Origin: Rhynchobatus australiae
Lineage: Eukaryota
Assembly: GCA_034780895.1 (NCBI GenBank)
Contig: JAUZTB010000066.1
Location: forward strand, 25,170,059 to 25,232,338
Length of the DNA: 62,280 nt
Direction of reading: 5' to 3'
Below, in pieces: positions 39,045 through 51,215 of the stretch (its first letter is position 1; each line of letters opens with the position of its first letter). Below the pieces are notes generated by a model. The model saw nothing but the letters and a program-made list of their open reading frames with translations, searched no databases and was not told where the DNA came from. A program made the position numbers and the translations under genes.

Positions 39045-39300
39045 AAGGACTTGTGTTTACGTAGCACCTCAGGGTTGTCCTAAGTGTTTTTCCTCCAATG
39101 ACATTCTGTAGTTTTGCAAAATGTATAATGTAAATCTCTTAATCTGCAAACAGTGATGTGATGATTTACACACAATTCTGTTTTGACCAGAACACTGAGG
39201 AGAACTTCCCTGCTTTTCTTTGAAATCTAGTCGCAATTCTGAGAGAGCAGGGGTTTGGTTATCTACCTCATCCAAAGGGCAGCAGCACCAGTACTGGACT
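39045..39300 (-). mobile_element. Deu/SacSINE1-like SINE, decayed
   Basis: ggacttgtgtttacgtagcacc...gaccagaacactgaggagaacttccctgcttttctttgaaat...cctcatccaaagggcagca. Confidence 0.55.
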
Positions 39301-42300
39301 GGATTGATAATTGAAGAGGGATGTAAAGCACAGAGGTTGCTGCGTGCTTGAAAAAAATGAAAAGGTCCTTAATGGGGATTTNNNNNNNNNNNNNNNNNNN
39401 NNNNNNNNNNNNNNNNNNNNNNNNNNNNNNNNNNNNNNNNNNNNNNNNNNNNNNNNNNNNNNNNNNNNNNNNNNNNNNNNNNNNNNNNNNNNNNNNNNNN
39501 NNNNNNNNNNNNNNNNNNNNNNNNNNNNNNNNNNNNNNNNNNNNNNNNNNNNNNNNNNNNNNNNNNNNNNNNNNNNNNNNNNNNNNNNNNNNNNNNNNNN
39601 NNNNNNNNNNNNNNNNNNNNNNNNNNNNNNNNNNNNNNNNNNNNNNNNNNNNNNNNNNNNNNNNNNNNNNNNNNNNNNNNNNNNNNNNNNNNNNNNNNNN
39701 NNNNNNNNNNNNNNNNNNNCAGTTAAGGAGTCACTGAAGTTCCCACCTATACTTGCCACCTCACTGCTGCCCTTCCACTGACCCCCTGACTCCACCTCTT
39801 AATCACTCTCACTAATCTAGCTGAAATTATTGCTCTTCCTAACCAAGGGTACTAATGTGTGAAGCTCGTGACAGCTGCCCTTGTGTAAATGGCAATGATT
39901 GAGTCTGGAACCATGTGCTTTGTTTGCTAGTCATTGTAATTTGATCATCTTCGCTCTCCCATTGGTTAAACACCTTCATCATGTATTTTCTAGAGCCTTA
40001 AGTAGCTGTGGTCCCTTTTAAAGTGCAAAACATCATAACGGGTCCTGCCTGTGTCCCTCAGTAAAGAAAAAAATTCCTGGAAGAGTAGGATGTATTTGTG
40101 TTGCTACTCTTTCATATCTGCTGATCATTGCCAAAGAGAACAACAGAAAGCAACAAGTGTTTACACTTTAACACAGGTAGTTTAACATCCAGCATGAAGT
40201 GGAGGATCAGATTTCCAATCCTCTGCTCTTCTGCAGTTAGTAATTCTACACTTCAAGTATTTGTTTGGATGACTGGAACATTCGCTGAAAAGAGCTTTCC
40301 TTTTAGGTTCTATTAGTGCCTATTTACTATTTCCTAATCCCCAAACACAGATACAGAGCAAAGGAATGTATGATGTAAAGTGTGCAGTGGTTAAGGAAGG
40401 ATTTGCTGGGCCAGTCATTAGCCAGTCGCCTCACCACCTCAACTTTCTCATGCCACTGAGAGGGTCCACAGTGCATCTTTGGTCTTGATCCAATCAGTCG
40501 TTGGCATATGGATTTGAACCAACGTGTTGAAGGTGGGTACTTCAAAAATAAACTGAAGGCTAGAAATAGTTCTCTTTTGCATTTGGAATAAAGACTTTTT
40601 CAGTCAGGTCTTGTGGTGTGTAAGGACTGTATAGTTTATTACAAAGGAAGTGTGTATGTCATTGGACATTATCATTCATTTAATCACGGAGTGAGAACTA
40701 AATAACCTTAATATATATAAGGGGAAGGTTTGTCGGTGGGAGTTGAGAGTGTTTGTTTGCAGGAGCGNNNNNNNNNNNNNNNNNNNNNNNNNNNNNNNNN
40801 NNNNNNNNNNNNNNNNNNNNNNNNNNNNNNNNNNNNNNNNNNNNNGGTAGAAACAGTGCTCTGTGTTGAAAGTTTGCTCAACTTGAGGTAGAGCAATATT
40901 ACTGCATGTACACTTCCAGGACTTTTAGTGCCTGATGTGAAATCCAGTTCCTGCCTCTATGTTAACTCTAGAAACTATTCCTGCATTAAGCTATTCTAAA
41001 GGATGTCATTGATGGCCAAAATTCATCCCCAACCTGATTTTCAACATCAGTGACATGAAAGATTTATAGTTTTTAATTACTGGCTGAAGAACTGAATAAC
41101 CAGCTTTTACTCACACTTTCCCCACCGAAGCGACACTATTTTGAAGGGCTGGCAGTCAAACTGGATCTCTTGACCTCACTGAGATTTGTGAGCTCCCTTG
41201 GGCTCACACACGTGCCTGGTCTGTTTTACCCATGGAGGTCAGTGTCACAATCACACTAGTCTGTCGTTGCTGATTTCTGCCACATCCCACAGTTGCTGAA
41301 TTAGGGAGATCACTCAAACTCCATTCTCCAACAGAGGGATTTCATTTTCTATTAACCCACAGCAGTGGGTAGAGCCGGCACATGGATTTTCTACTCATAA
41401 GGGCTTCCACAAAGTGGGGCTGTTCATGGACTGCATGTGTAGTATTATTTCTTGCAAGACCTCCCTGGAAATATTCTCTAAACAAACCACCCCACCCCCC
41501 CCCCCAACCAATACAAAGCCCCTTGCACATGAAGATGTCTCCTGCAAGTTCTTCGTCAACCCTTTTACCAGGATTACGGCATCCATTTTTGAACCATAGC
41601 ACTACCTAGTTGTTGCAAAAGTGTTGCTTGCATTGCTGCAGGTCTCTTTAAGAACTGGCTGCCAGTGTTACAGCTACAAGGCTAAGTGCAGGCAGCTGTG
41701 AGATCTTGCAATAGATCAATAGTGTAGCACAAACTGAAACTGGTGAAGGGAGACTTTACACAGGGAAACTTTAACAATGCTTATCTGGGGAACTTGCAAT
41801 TTAAAACTGTAATCTTTGTGGGACTTTTAGAATGACATTTTTTTTAATGCCATAAAACAATTTCTACCAATTCGTATGTTTAACAAAGCCATTGAATTGT
41901 TAGTGTTATTGCTGGTGCCCCCTGCAGGCTGATGTGAGGCATTCTAGCTGCCAACAATGTAGCACTTGTTGATACTTCAGTGCATGTGCTCGGGTTTCTC
42001 TGATCTGGAGAATACTGAGATCCTTTTCCTAGTCTTACTGTCAAGGTGACCACATTTGGGCTGTTGTAGACAATAATGTGCTCCTTGCATGCACAAATCC
42101 AATCCTGCCCTTTGAGGATTATAGGATTATAAGGAACGACTGTAAAATGAAATGGGTGCAGTTTTGCATTGACAGCTTGATGCATTGTACTTCAAGGATA
42201 GATATAGTATAATAACATGCATTAAACTGCAAAACTCTCGCTAGAGTTACTGTGAGGTATATTGGAGACTGTGTGAAATTTTCATACTAACTGCACTTCA

Positions 42301-42649
42301 TCTGTTAAAAGATCCAGCAATATATTTAGATATTTTGTATTTCCTAACTGAATTTATTGGTGTTGACTTTAAAATCACCCTTTTCAGGAGAGAATATCTT
42401 AAATTTTTCCCACCACTGGTCAGGATATTTCTGGCTAGCACTTTGCGCTTTAAGTAATATCACACCTTTATTTAAATGTATGTGACAATATGCTAAATAA
42501 GATTGACTGGGCTTTTCAGCTCAGCTCCCTTCTACATGTTTTCCCTTTGTTTGGGATGGAGTATTATTTTAACTGGTTTAACTACTTACAACTTTAAAAT
42601 CGCCCTTTTCAGTTGTGTGTGATTGCTGACATTCAGGAGGAGCTAGGTG

Positions 42650-43020
42650 GGAGGCTGCAGCACAGCTAGTAGAGTTGCTGCCTTATTGCGCCAGAGGACT
42701 GAGTTTAATCCCAACTCGTCCACCGCCCTTCCCCCCGTGCTCTCTGTGTGGAGTTTACACAATCTCCCTGTAACTGTGTGGGTTTCTTCCAGGTGCTTCA
42801 GCTTTGTCCTACATCCCAAAGACATGTAGGTTCATGGATTAATTAGTCACTTTAAATTGCCCCTAGTGAGTGGTAGAGACTGGGGGAATTGATGAGCAAG
42901 TTGGGAGGGTAAAAAATTAGATTCATTTAGAGTTATTGTAAACAAGTAGTTGATGGCCAATGTGGAATCTTTGGGCCAAAGGACTTGTTTCTGTTCTATA
43001 TCTCACAATGACTCTATAAC
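42650..43020 (+). mobile_element. V-SINE, near full length, with CR1-like tail
   Basis: tRNA-like head gcacagctagtagagttgctgcct...gagtttaatcc; V core tgtgtggagtttacacaatctccctgtaactgtgtgggtttcttccaggtgcttcagctttgtcctacatcccaaagacatg; tail ttgggccaaaggacttgtttctgttct. Confidence 0.8.
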
Positions 43021-43074
43021 CTCTGCTTCCTTCTATCTGGTGAAATCCTTAGGCCTGCCTATGTTACTTCTAGA

Positions 43075-43275
43075 CGATAGCAGCTTACATTTATATCACA
43101 TCTATAACAATAAACATTCCAACTACGGAGAAGTAATATTAAACAAAATCTGACACAGCTGCTTCAGAAATATTGCAATGGGTGACAAAAAGCAAAATGT
43201 TTTAAGGTGTAGCTAAAAGAGCAAAGAGAGGTAGAGAGGCTGAGGTATATAAGAAAGATTCCAGAACTTCAGTCT
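43075..43275 (-). mobile_element. L2 3' tail
   Basis: cagcttacatttatatcac...aaaatctgacac...gggtgacaaaaagc...gttttaagg...agagaggtagagaggctgagg...attccagaactt. Confidence 0.55.
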
Positions 43276-44619
43276 TTTTGTTGAATGAGCCAAAATGACC
43301 TCCCACCTTACACCATTAGCTCAATTAAGACCTGCTACTCAAATCTTAAATAACATTGATGGCACCTTCCATGATCTCAATGCCCCAAGTATTTTTCGGC
43401 CAATTAAACTCTTTATTTCACTAATTTTCTTCAAAGAATATGGGCAATGGANNNNNNNNNNNNNNNNNNNNNNNNNNNNNNNNNNNNNNNNNNNNNNNNN
43501 NNNNNNNNNNNNNNNNNNNNNNNNNNNNNNNNNNNNNNNNNNNNNNNNNNNNNNNNNNNNNNNNNNNNNNNNNNNNNNNNNNNNNNNNNNNNNNNNNNNN
43601 NNNNNNNNNNNNNNNNNNNNNNNNNNNNNNNNNNNNNNNNNNNNNNNNNNNNNNNNNNNNNNNNNNNNNNNNNNNNNNTGTGAAACTGGCTAACAAATTC
43701 ATTATTTACAGTTTATGGGAGACGAGAATAAAGCATAGTTCATTAGTAATTCAACTATCTCGGTGCTTTTTTTAAAAAAAACTTTGTAGAATTGCACTTT
43801 TAAGTGTTGAGATTTAAAAGCACTTTTCAAACCCTTTACATAGAAAAAGTCTGAAAGCACACCAGTCTGCTGGTCATTCACATTAATTATTTTCTTGGAT
43901 CTTCCTGAGCATAAGTTGGCCATCGCATAATGCATATAGCTGACTCCTTTGCAGTATTTTGAAGGCTGACTGAGGATCTGGTAAGATGCAATGAAAGTGA
44001 GAACCTGGTGGTTCTTTTTTGTCGTGTATCCAGAGCAACTTCCCAACTTGGGGTGATCACTCTCAAAGTTAAGTGTAATCAGTCAATGACCAGCATGGGA
44101 CAAGAGCAGATAATGTCCTCTTCCATTCAGAACCACATAGTCCGATTCCTCTCATGGATTGGATTAGCTGTGGTGTACACGTAGTGGTTGTGCAACCGCT
44201 TTGAGATTGCATAGCCTGTGGCCATTCTTCCTGTGGTGCTTTGACGCAAAGCAGAATGCAGCCTCTTTCCCAGGGCTATTAATGACTCCAGTCACTCCTT
44301 GTGTATAATAGCTGATGATTGTTAATATCAGCATGGCCCTTTTCCTTATCCACCTTTGGACCCACGGTTTTGGTTTTGTGAAATGAATTATTTATTTATC
44401 CAGCACTGATAATTTAGAGCCGTACCCATTTCCAGCAACTCTCCAATGTTCTTTGCTGGAAGTAGCCAAAGCAATGTTGACCAGTCATGCACTCCATGAT
44501 ATTTCAGATTCCAATAAACTTTGCTTGGACTGTAAGGCTTGGAGCATATAACGATCAGTTGGTAAACATGTCTCAATCTGTAGAATCTTCAAAGAACAAA
44601 CCAAAGAGGCATCACCCCT

Positions 44620-44842
44620 CAATCCACCAATCACCCTTACTGGACCCTGTCTCACCACTCCCCCTCTCCTCTCTCTGCTGGCTGTCTCTTCTCTCAGCCC
44701 TCATGCAGGGTTTTTGACCTGAAATGTTGACAATTCCTTTCTCTCTTCCCCCTATAACATATGCTGCTTGGCCCACTGAGTTCCTCCAGCAGGTTGTTTG
44801 TTACTCCAGATTCCAGCATCTACCATCTCTTGTGTCTTCACT
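44620..44842 (+). mobile_element. Penelope-like 3' UTR/tail
   Basis: Pyrimidine-rich UTR, then ctcatgcagggtttttgacctgaaatgttgacaattcc...atgctgcttggcccactgagttcctccagcag...ttccagcatct. Confidence 0.7.
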
Positions 44843-44984
44843 AAACCAAATAGAAGACTCGCAAACTATAGCTGACAACATTTGGGTAAAAAGTAACAGA
44901 TGCAATCCTCTTTCATTCATAATGAATTCTCATTCTTAGTTAAGTTTTGGAATTTTGGAGCAAAGGCTCAAGGTTTTCCTGGAA

Positions 44985-45190
44985 AGAATATAGTGAAGAT
45001 GATTTAGCTCACTGCCGTGTGCATGTGAAATCTTACATATCAACCTAGGAAGCCTTAGTTTAATGCCATATCCAAGAGGCAGTACCTCCAGCAAAAGAAT
45101 CCTTCACTGAAATAAAAGCCTGGTTTATGTGCCTCAGCCTCTGGAGTGATGCTTGTATCAGGAGAAAATGTTTCCACTATGCTAAGGCTG
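44985..45190 (-). mobile_element. Deu/SacSINE1-like fragment
   Basis: gccttagtttaatgccatatccaagaggcagtacctcc...agcctggtttatgtgcctcagcctctggagtg...ccactatgctaaggctg. Confidence 0.45.
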
Positions 45191-46430
45191 CACAGTTCAA
45201 AGAGGCAGATGTTAAGAAAGTTTATAAGACCTCTGTGCTATGACAGCAGAATAGATTACTTCAACTGGTACAATACAGTGAGAGAGTAGAAGCTATCCCT
45301 TCCTGCTGGCTTAGTGGCAAAGTGGTGATACAGTCATTGTTCCTTCCTGCTGATACTTCCAGACACTGGGTAATAAAGGCCCCCATCTTCGTGACATATC
45401 CCAAGTAGAACAGGATGGACTCTGGCACATAATACTGATAGAGTGCANNNNNNNNNNNNNNNNNNNNNNNNNNNNNNNNNNNNNNNNNNNNNNNNNNNNN
45501 NNNNNNNNNNNNNNNNNNNNNNNNNNNNNNNNNNNNNNNNNNNNNNNNNNNNNNNNNNNNNNNNNNNNNNNNNNNNNNNNNNNNNNNNNNNNNNNNNNNN
45601 NNNNNNNNNNNNNNNNNNNNNNNNNNNNNNNNNNNNNNNNNNNNNNNNNNNNNNNNNNNNNNNNNNNNNNNNNNNNNNNNNNNNNNNNNNNNNNNNNAGG
45701 CATCTTTTACTATGCAATGAAGCATCACTGACATAGACATGGGAGCAACCATCATGTAGATTGCCAAATATCCTTTGAGACATTCAGTGCCTCCCAGGGA
45801 TTTGAGATGTGTCCCAGTAGATGCGCCGAGCACATCGTGCAGGCTGAGCCATCCTTACGATACTAAGAATGAGATTGCGCATCGGCATGTGCCCAGCTGG
45901 CAGTAGATGAGCAGAGATGAAAGCAAAGTCCCACAACACAGTAATCATTCCTGAGCACAAACAGGAAGATGCAAGTTACATTTCAATTACACTTTTCCTT
46001 TGATTTGATTCCAAGTGCAGTTTAATTTTTAATCAAGTTACCATATTGCCTCGAGTATGACCTGCTTATCACCTCCTCAAATACAACGTTCACAGAAAAG
46101 CTCATGTTACAGCAGTGCAGTCTGGGTGCCGTGGTGTTTGAAGATTGCCTTATGGTGAGAACGGAAAGGTCTGGGTACAATGCCCCATTTGTATACAATT
46201 CTTCTGCAGCTGAAACAGATGCCAGCTGGAACATCTCGTCTCCACGGATGAAATTCAATGAAGTGCAAGGCTGGTGAGAACAAAAAAGGAGTTTGAATTT
46301 CACAGTCAATAAAACTTCAGAAGTTTCATCATTGCCTTGAACACGTTTCCTGCGTTACTGCGGTAACAGCTGGCTGAATATGAAAAAGGAGCCACTATAG
46401 ACAGTGTGGCCTAGCTCCAAGGCGAGAGTG

Positions 46431-46493
46431 ATGGATTCTTGGTCAGAGAAGTTGGTAGCTGCAGCAGGAGGTTAATGGATTCTTGGTCAGAGA
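46431..46493. repeat. Perfect 19-bp direct repeat pair with 25-bp spacer
   Basis: atggattcttggtcagaga at 46431-46449 and 46475-46493. Confidence 0.85.
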
Positions 46494-49400
46494 GGATGAG
46501 AGATCCAGGGAGAGGGTGACCAGAACCGATCAGGGTATGCGGTGGCTACACTAAGAGAGCAATGCACTTTCATCTGGAAGTGGGTGCCAGTGAAGATGAT
46601 GGGAGGATAATCTGTTCATAGATTTGGTAGACTCTTTATAACTGGGTATTTTGTGAGAGGATTGTGCTCTGTTTCAAATAGAATTTACCAAGCTAAGCCA
46701 CCCTTTGGGGGGGATAAAAAAACGTAGGTTACAGGCTGGTTTAAAATATGTTGGCCAACTATTAGCCCTTTCTAATTAAGGAAGTACTGTGCTGCATCAG
46801 GATAAAAGTGAAAGATGCAGTATGTAAGGGAATCACATGTATTACATAATGGAAGACGGTATCAAATGAGTCTGAGGAATTTTGTGCAAGACTGTTAGAA
46901 GGCCGCTGTGGTGTGTACTCTGTTCAAGCCCCTGGCCTCCTGAAAGCAGATGGCTCTTTTACTCAGTTACATTTCTGAGTGTTCAGATTCAGTACCTACA
47001 GCGGTTTTAAGGACTTATTTCCTTTATCTTTTTCCAGTTTATTTTTCGTGGAATCTGTCTCCAAATGACCAAATTAGTTCTGCTGCCCTTCTGAGTGCTG
47101 AGAGCTGTATCTACCCAGACATCGGTTGCACCATCCCAGAACACCAGGAAGCTGCATCTTTTGTTGCTGTGGACAGAAATTGGGTTCAATCAGTAATAAT
47201 TCCTTACCTTTCCCTGTTCACTCCAAGCTTTTTTTTTTGTTTTTGATTTGAAGATTTGTGCTGCTGCCTGTGACCATGATTTTGCTCNNNNNNNNNNAAA
47301 AAGAACCAACCCCTCATGTTGCCTTTAAACCTCCCTCCCTCCCCTAACCTTATGTAGGCATCATCTGCTTTGGGATGGAGCTCAATGCTTTCCCTGGTGT
47401 GGTGTAGATATAAGTTAACGTGACTGCGACTAGATTCTCATTCTGAAGCTTTTTTCCTTTAATGTTGGTATTAATTGCCAATATCTGAGTGATGTCACTT
47501 GCTGATTTACTAAAGACTGCCTGGAATTGCTGCTAGTTCTGAGTTGGCTTTTCTAATTTTACAGTTTTACTTGGAGATCAGTATTTCTGTTTTGGAATTT
47601 TCCCTGCAAAGGTCAGGGAGTTAAGGGCCTTCAGGATTGTAGTGCAGGCTACAGGGAAACCACTGGGAATCTCATTGGGCAGAGAACACTGGTAGAAAAC
47701 ATAAAACATGAGCAAGTCAGGTTGAAGGGCAGTAGACAGCTTTGCAAATGGAACCAAGCATTGCCTACCTGGTATTGCAAGTGTTGGTAAGAAGTCTGCA
47801 CTTTACTTTTCCTGATATCAACAAGAAGGACCTGTCTGGGTGCTTAGATAGCTACTGCCTAGTAGTTTTAACCTATGTTAAGACCTAAGGTGACTTTTGA
47901 TAAGAGGCTTAAATTGACAAGAAAGCAATTGAAGAGCTGTGACTAATGTTTTACTTCCTGTACATAAGTCTTCAGCATTATAGAAGTAACGGCATTAAGT
48001 GCTCATTATGCCAAATCCATGTTCCCTTTTCTTATACCTTCTTATTTTGAGCTGCATGGTCCTCTCTGTTCAACTAAGTGCACCAGGAAAGAAAGTGCCA
48101 GACTGCCATGGGACAAGTCAGTGGCCTGTGGCCAATTCCCTGCTGGTGTTGCTGTTAAACCAGATGTAGCCTACTGCGCTGCACTTTTTTCAGCTTCACC
48201 ATTCAAATCCAAGCTGCAGTTTCTTTTGCAAAATGACATGGCATGTCCTAAATTTTCTGTGTTTGTAATTTTTAAGGGAGTTGGAGTTACTGCAATGCAA
48301 GGCACTGGCTTTCTATGGCCCAATGAAAACTCCAGGTGCTCATCCTAAAAAGGTCAGACCTCTCAGCATGAAGGCATGGTGCAATGGACTCAGCTTATTT
48401 AAACACAACAGTCGTTCATTTTTAGCTGTATNNNNNNNNNNNNNNNNNNNNAATGTGATTTTTTTTTTTCCCTTCCAAAATATTGGCCAATGTTGGGTCT
48501 GCATGGACCCAAATTCATGGTTTATGGTATTTTTATTAAGGATCTGGAAGGAACTGCTCATTCATAAGGAAAACCTTATAAATTTTCAATTTTTTTTAGA
48601 GGAGCTTGAGAAAACATGAGTTAACTGTATCATTTGAATGCATGGTCACTTTTTGCCAGTGCCATCAGCACTCATTTCCAGTGTGATTTTAGTGTTCTGT
48701 GTGGTCAAATTTTAGACTGTAACCAAAGCAGACCCTTTCTGAATTACATTTGTATCACTATTTCAAACACAATTCACTGTTCATTAGTCCCAGTAGAAAT
48801 CTGGTGGATAACACATTACTATTTTCATTTAGCAATTATAAATGTGTTTCATTTTCTTACACTTTTATGCTTACATACTAATGTCTTTGGAATCGCTGCT
48901 TGAGTTCTGGCGATTTCCAATCACCTTGTATCTCTAAAGTGAAGTCGATATTAATTGTTGAATGTGATCGTAGAAGCATCCTTGTACAAGATTGGATATT
49001 GTCAGTGAAGATGTTGTGTTAATCCAGACTACAGACTCCAATTAGCAATTAATTTGCTGAGCAGAATAATGCAAAAAGAGTGAATCTGAATTCCATGAAA
49101 GAGTGACTCTCTGAATTCCATTCAGAGTGGAACCAACAAAACTTGTGCAATAAGCAGAAACGTCAAATACATAGGGAGCTACAAAAAGCACATGAAAAGG
49201 ACGAGTAATGGATTGTAGCTGTAATGCCATTTATGATTCCTAGATTGTGTGTGGCTTTTATGATGATTCTGTGTAATTAATGAAGTGCACATTTCCTCAA
49301 TTCAGTGCTTTATCTTGCAGCATTTTCAAATGCTGTCCCTGCCTCTGCCTTTCCTTGATTTCTATACCAATAGGATTCGTACACAAATACTGAAATTAGG

Positions 49401-49523
49401 TGCAAGGGTTTTGTTCATGTTATAATAAATTGAAGTTGCAGTCTGCAGTTATTTACCCCCAGTCTCTTTGTTCACAAATGCACTACCTACAGTTTGTTAA
49501 GTTTTTATTGTTTAATTTGGCAG

Positions 49524-49646
49524 TTTCATCCTCTGTGGCTGTGTAACACCAGTGAAGATGAACAACAAGACTATGGCTTTGTCAGTATGATCAAACTGGA
49601 GAGACCTGATCGAGACCCACATCCTTGTCTCTCACTCTTCAACAAG
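49524..49646 (+). CDS. RNF43: Internal coding exon of E3 ubiquitin ligase RNF43 (PA/ectodomain; equivalent of human exon encoding ~S85-K125)
   Basis: Acceptor ...ttgtttaatttggcAG (AG 49522-49523), donor AAG|gtaggg; 123 bp, phase 0/0. Translates FHPLWLCNTSEDEQQDYGFVSMIKLERPDRDPHPCLSLFNK, colinear without gaps with recalled human RNF43 [41 protein letters not shown] (23/41 identical by my count). Both disulfide Cys, HPL-LCN, KLE and the N-x-S sequon are kept. The ZNRF3 paralog exon is one codon longer and has GWVGVV, so RNF43 fits better. Confidence 0.92.
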
Positions 49647-49672
49647 GTAGGGGACCTCTACGTGTGGACACT

Positions 49673-49727
49673 TGTGTGTACACACGTACACACACACACG
49701 TACGTACACACATACGTACACACACAT
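49673..49727. repeat. 55-nt alternating pyrimidine/purine (CA-rich, CGTA-interrupted) microsatellite
   Basis: tgtgtgtacacacgtacacacacacacgtacgtacacacatacgtacacacacat, starting 27 nt after the RNF43 exon. Confidence 0.85.
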
Positions 49728-50986
49728 CCATATTTATGAGTATGTATGCGTATATTTGCACACGTGGATGTACTTAATCTAAGATGGTATTTAGCAAATT
49801 ATTTGATTTAAGAATGTCTGAGGGGTTTGAGGTTGAGGGTTAAATGCCAAAAGTTCTTTGTAAAAAATATTGATTTTTTTCAATAAACTTAAAATATTTC
49901 TAAAATTCTCCTGTGAAGGAATGACCAGAAGCCCTCTAGTCAAGCACTGTCTCAGGCCAGGTACTGTTACATAGGGCCAAGACTCAGGCTTAGATAGCTT
50001 AGGCACCCTGTCTTGCCTTGACTCAACTGAGTGGGGCTTATGGCCTTGCAGTCCTTTTGCAGACTACAGTGTGAGCTAATGGGCCTTGGCAGTCTGCATT
50101 GGCCAGATGTTTAACTGAAGGTCACAACCCCAAGAACTTGATATCCATGCATTAAGCTGGGAATTGAGCTTTCATCCTTTCTGGTGTTGTTGATCTGGCG
50201 GGAATGAGGGCAGGAACAGGAAACGGATGGAGGACAGCAGAAAGCTTTAGTATGTATACAAATAGATTGGATACACTTTGCACAATTGTCATTCCTCTTT
50301 AAACCAGCACTGTCTGATTCTGTAACTTCTGACCATTTTTCTTGGTTCCTCCATTCCTCCCCAAGTGCTGAATTTATACATACGTGTAGAGTATTAGTGG
50401 TTGGTCAGTTATACATTCAGCATCCACCTCTCGCCCAGATGCAAATTTTCTAGGTATAAACTCCCATGTTTCTCTCGTATACTCATCTGAAGACATTTAA
50501 TGAAATGCAGCAAAGAAATACAAGCTTTAAACTCTTCCAAAAAGACCCCAAAAGATCTTGGCCTATGCTGAGTAATAAGTAGAGCTGCAAGTAAGTCCTA
50601 GTTAATGCATGTGATTTATGTATTCACAAATTAATATGTTAATTTTGTTAATGTGTTAATTGTACATATTAAGGGGAAGAATTGCATTGGTGTTTTCAAT
50701 AAAAGAAATTTCACTCAATACCCTCTCTCCCATCTGCCTCCCCTCCCTCAAAAGTCAAAGCATTTATCTTTGGACCATTAGGAAATATTGGTACTCTATT
50801 ATTGTTTAACAGTCCAATTAAAATTGCAATTGAGTGGTGAATAGATTTTCTGAGCACTTGACCGCCCTAGTATTAAGGGAAAATCACATGTCACCTTCTC
50901 TGTATGCAGCATTTGGTGGTTTCAACTCTGTCCAACCAAGGATTTACTTTTCCAGTGCTTCATACTTAACGTATTTTTTGTTTCAG

Positions 50987-51215
50987 TATCCTTTCGTCAC
51001 GGTATACCATTAGTTGTTGCGTTTTAAGGATACTCTGCAAATGGTCCTTAATGCAGAAGTGAGCATCCAACCAGTGGTTATAGGATGATGTAGATAATTC
51101 TGGATATGCATCTGGCCCTCACCACCAGCAGCAGTGTTAGATTATTCAACCCTTGCCTGATAACTGGTACATTTTGGCTATGCCACCACAGTTTCTTGTA
51201 AATTCTGGGATTCAG
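50987..51215 (+). other. Candidate stop-containing (poison) cassette exon or pseudoexon
   Basis: Branch-point-like tacttaac (50963-50970), T-rich tract, tttcAG acceptor (50985-50986) and a consensus donor CAG|GTAAGT (51213-51221). In frame with the RNF43 exon it reads YPFVTVYH* (TAG 51011-51013). Confidence 0.35.

Larger units (their letters stand above)
1..49523 (+). other. RNF43: Large intron upstream of the RNF43 exon (previous coding exon lies outside the window or in a gap)
   Basis: No sequence resembling the preceding RNF43 exon (ending ...AEGKLMQ) was found. The region is repeat-rich and non-coding. The equivalent human intron is also large. Confidence 0.7.

Noticed and set aside
42650-42730. 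tRNA-like sequence (also at ~33330-33390, ~37520-37580, ~19270-19340)
   Set aside because: Degenerate tRNA-derived SINE heads attached to V or Deu cores; no complete cloverleaf.
39268-45833. Long ORFs of 110-190 aa in the ORF track
   Set aside because: They are open only because they run through N gaps.
46431-46493. Repeat-spacer-repeat as a CRISPR array
   Set aside because: Only two 19-bp units, vertebrate intron context, no cas genes.
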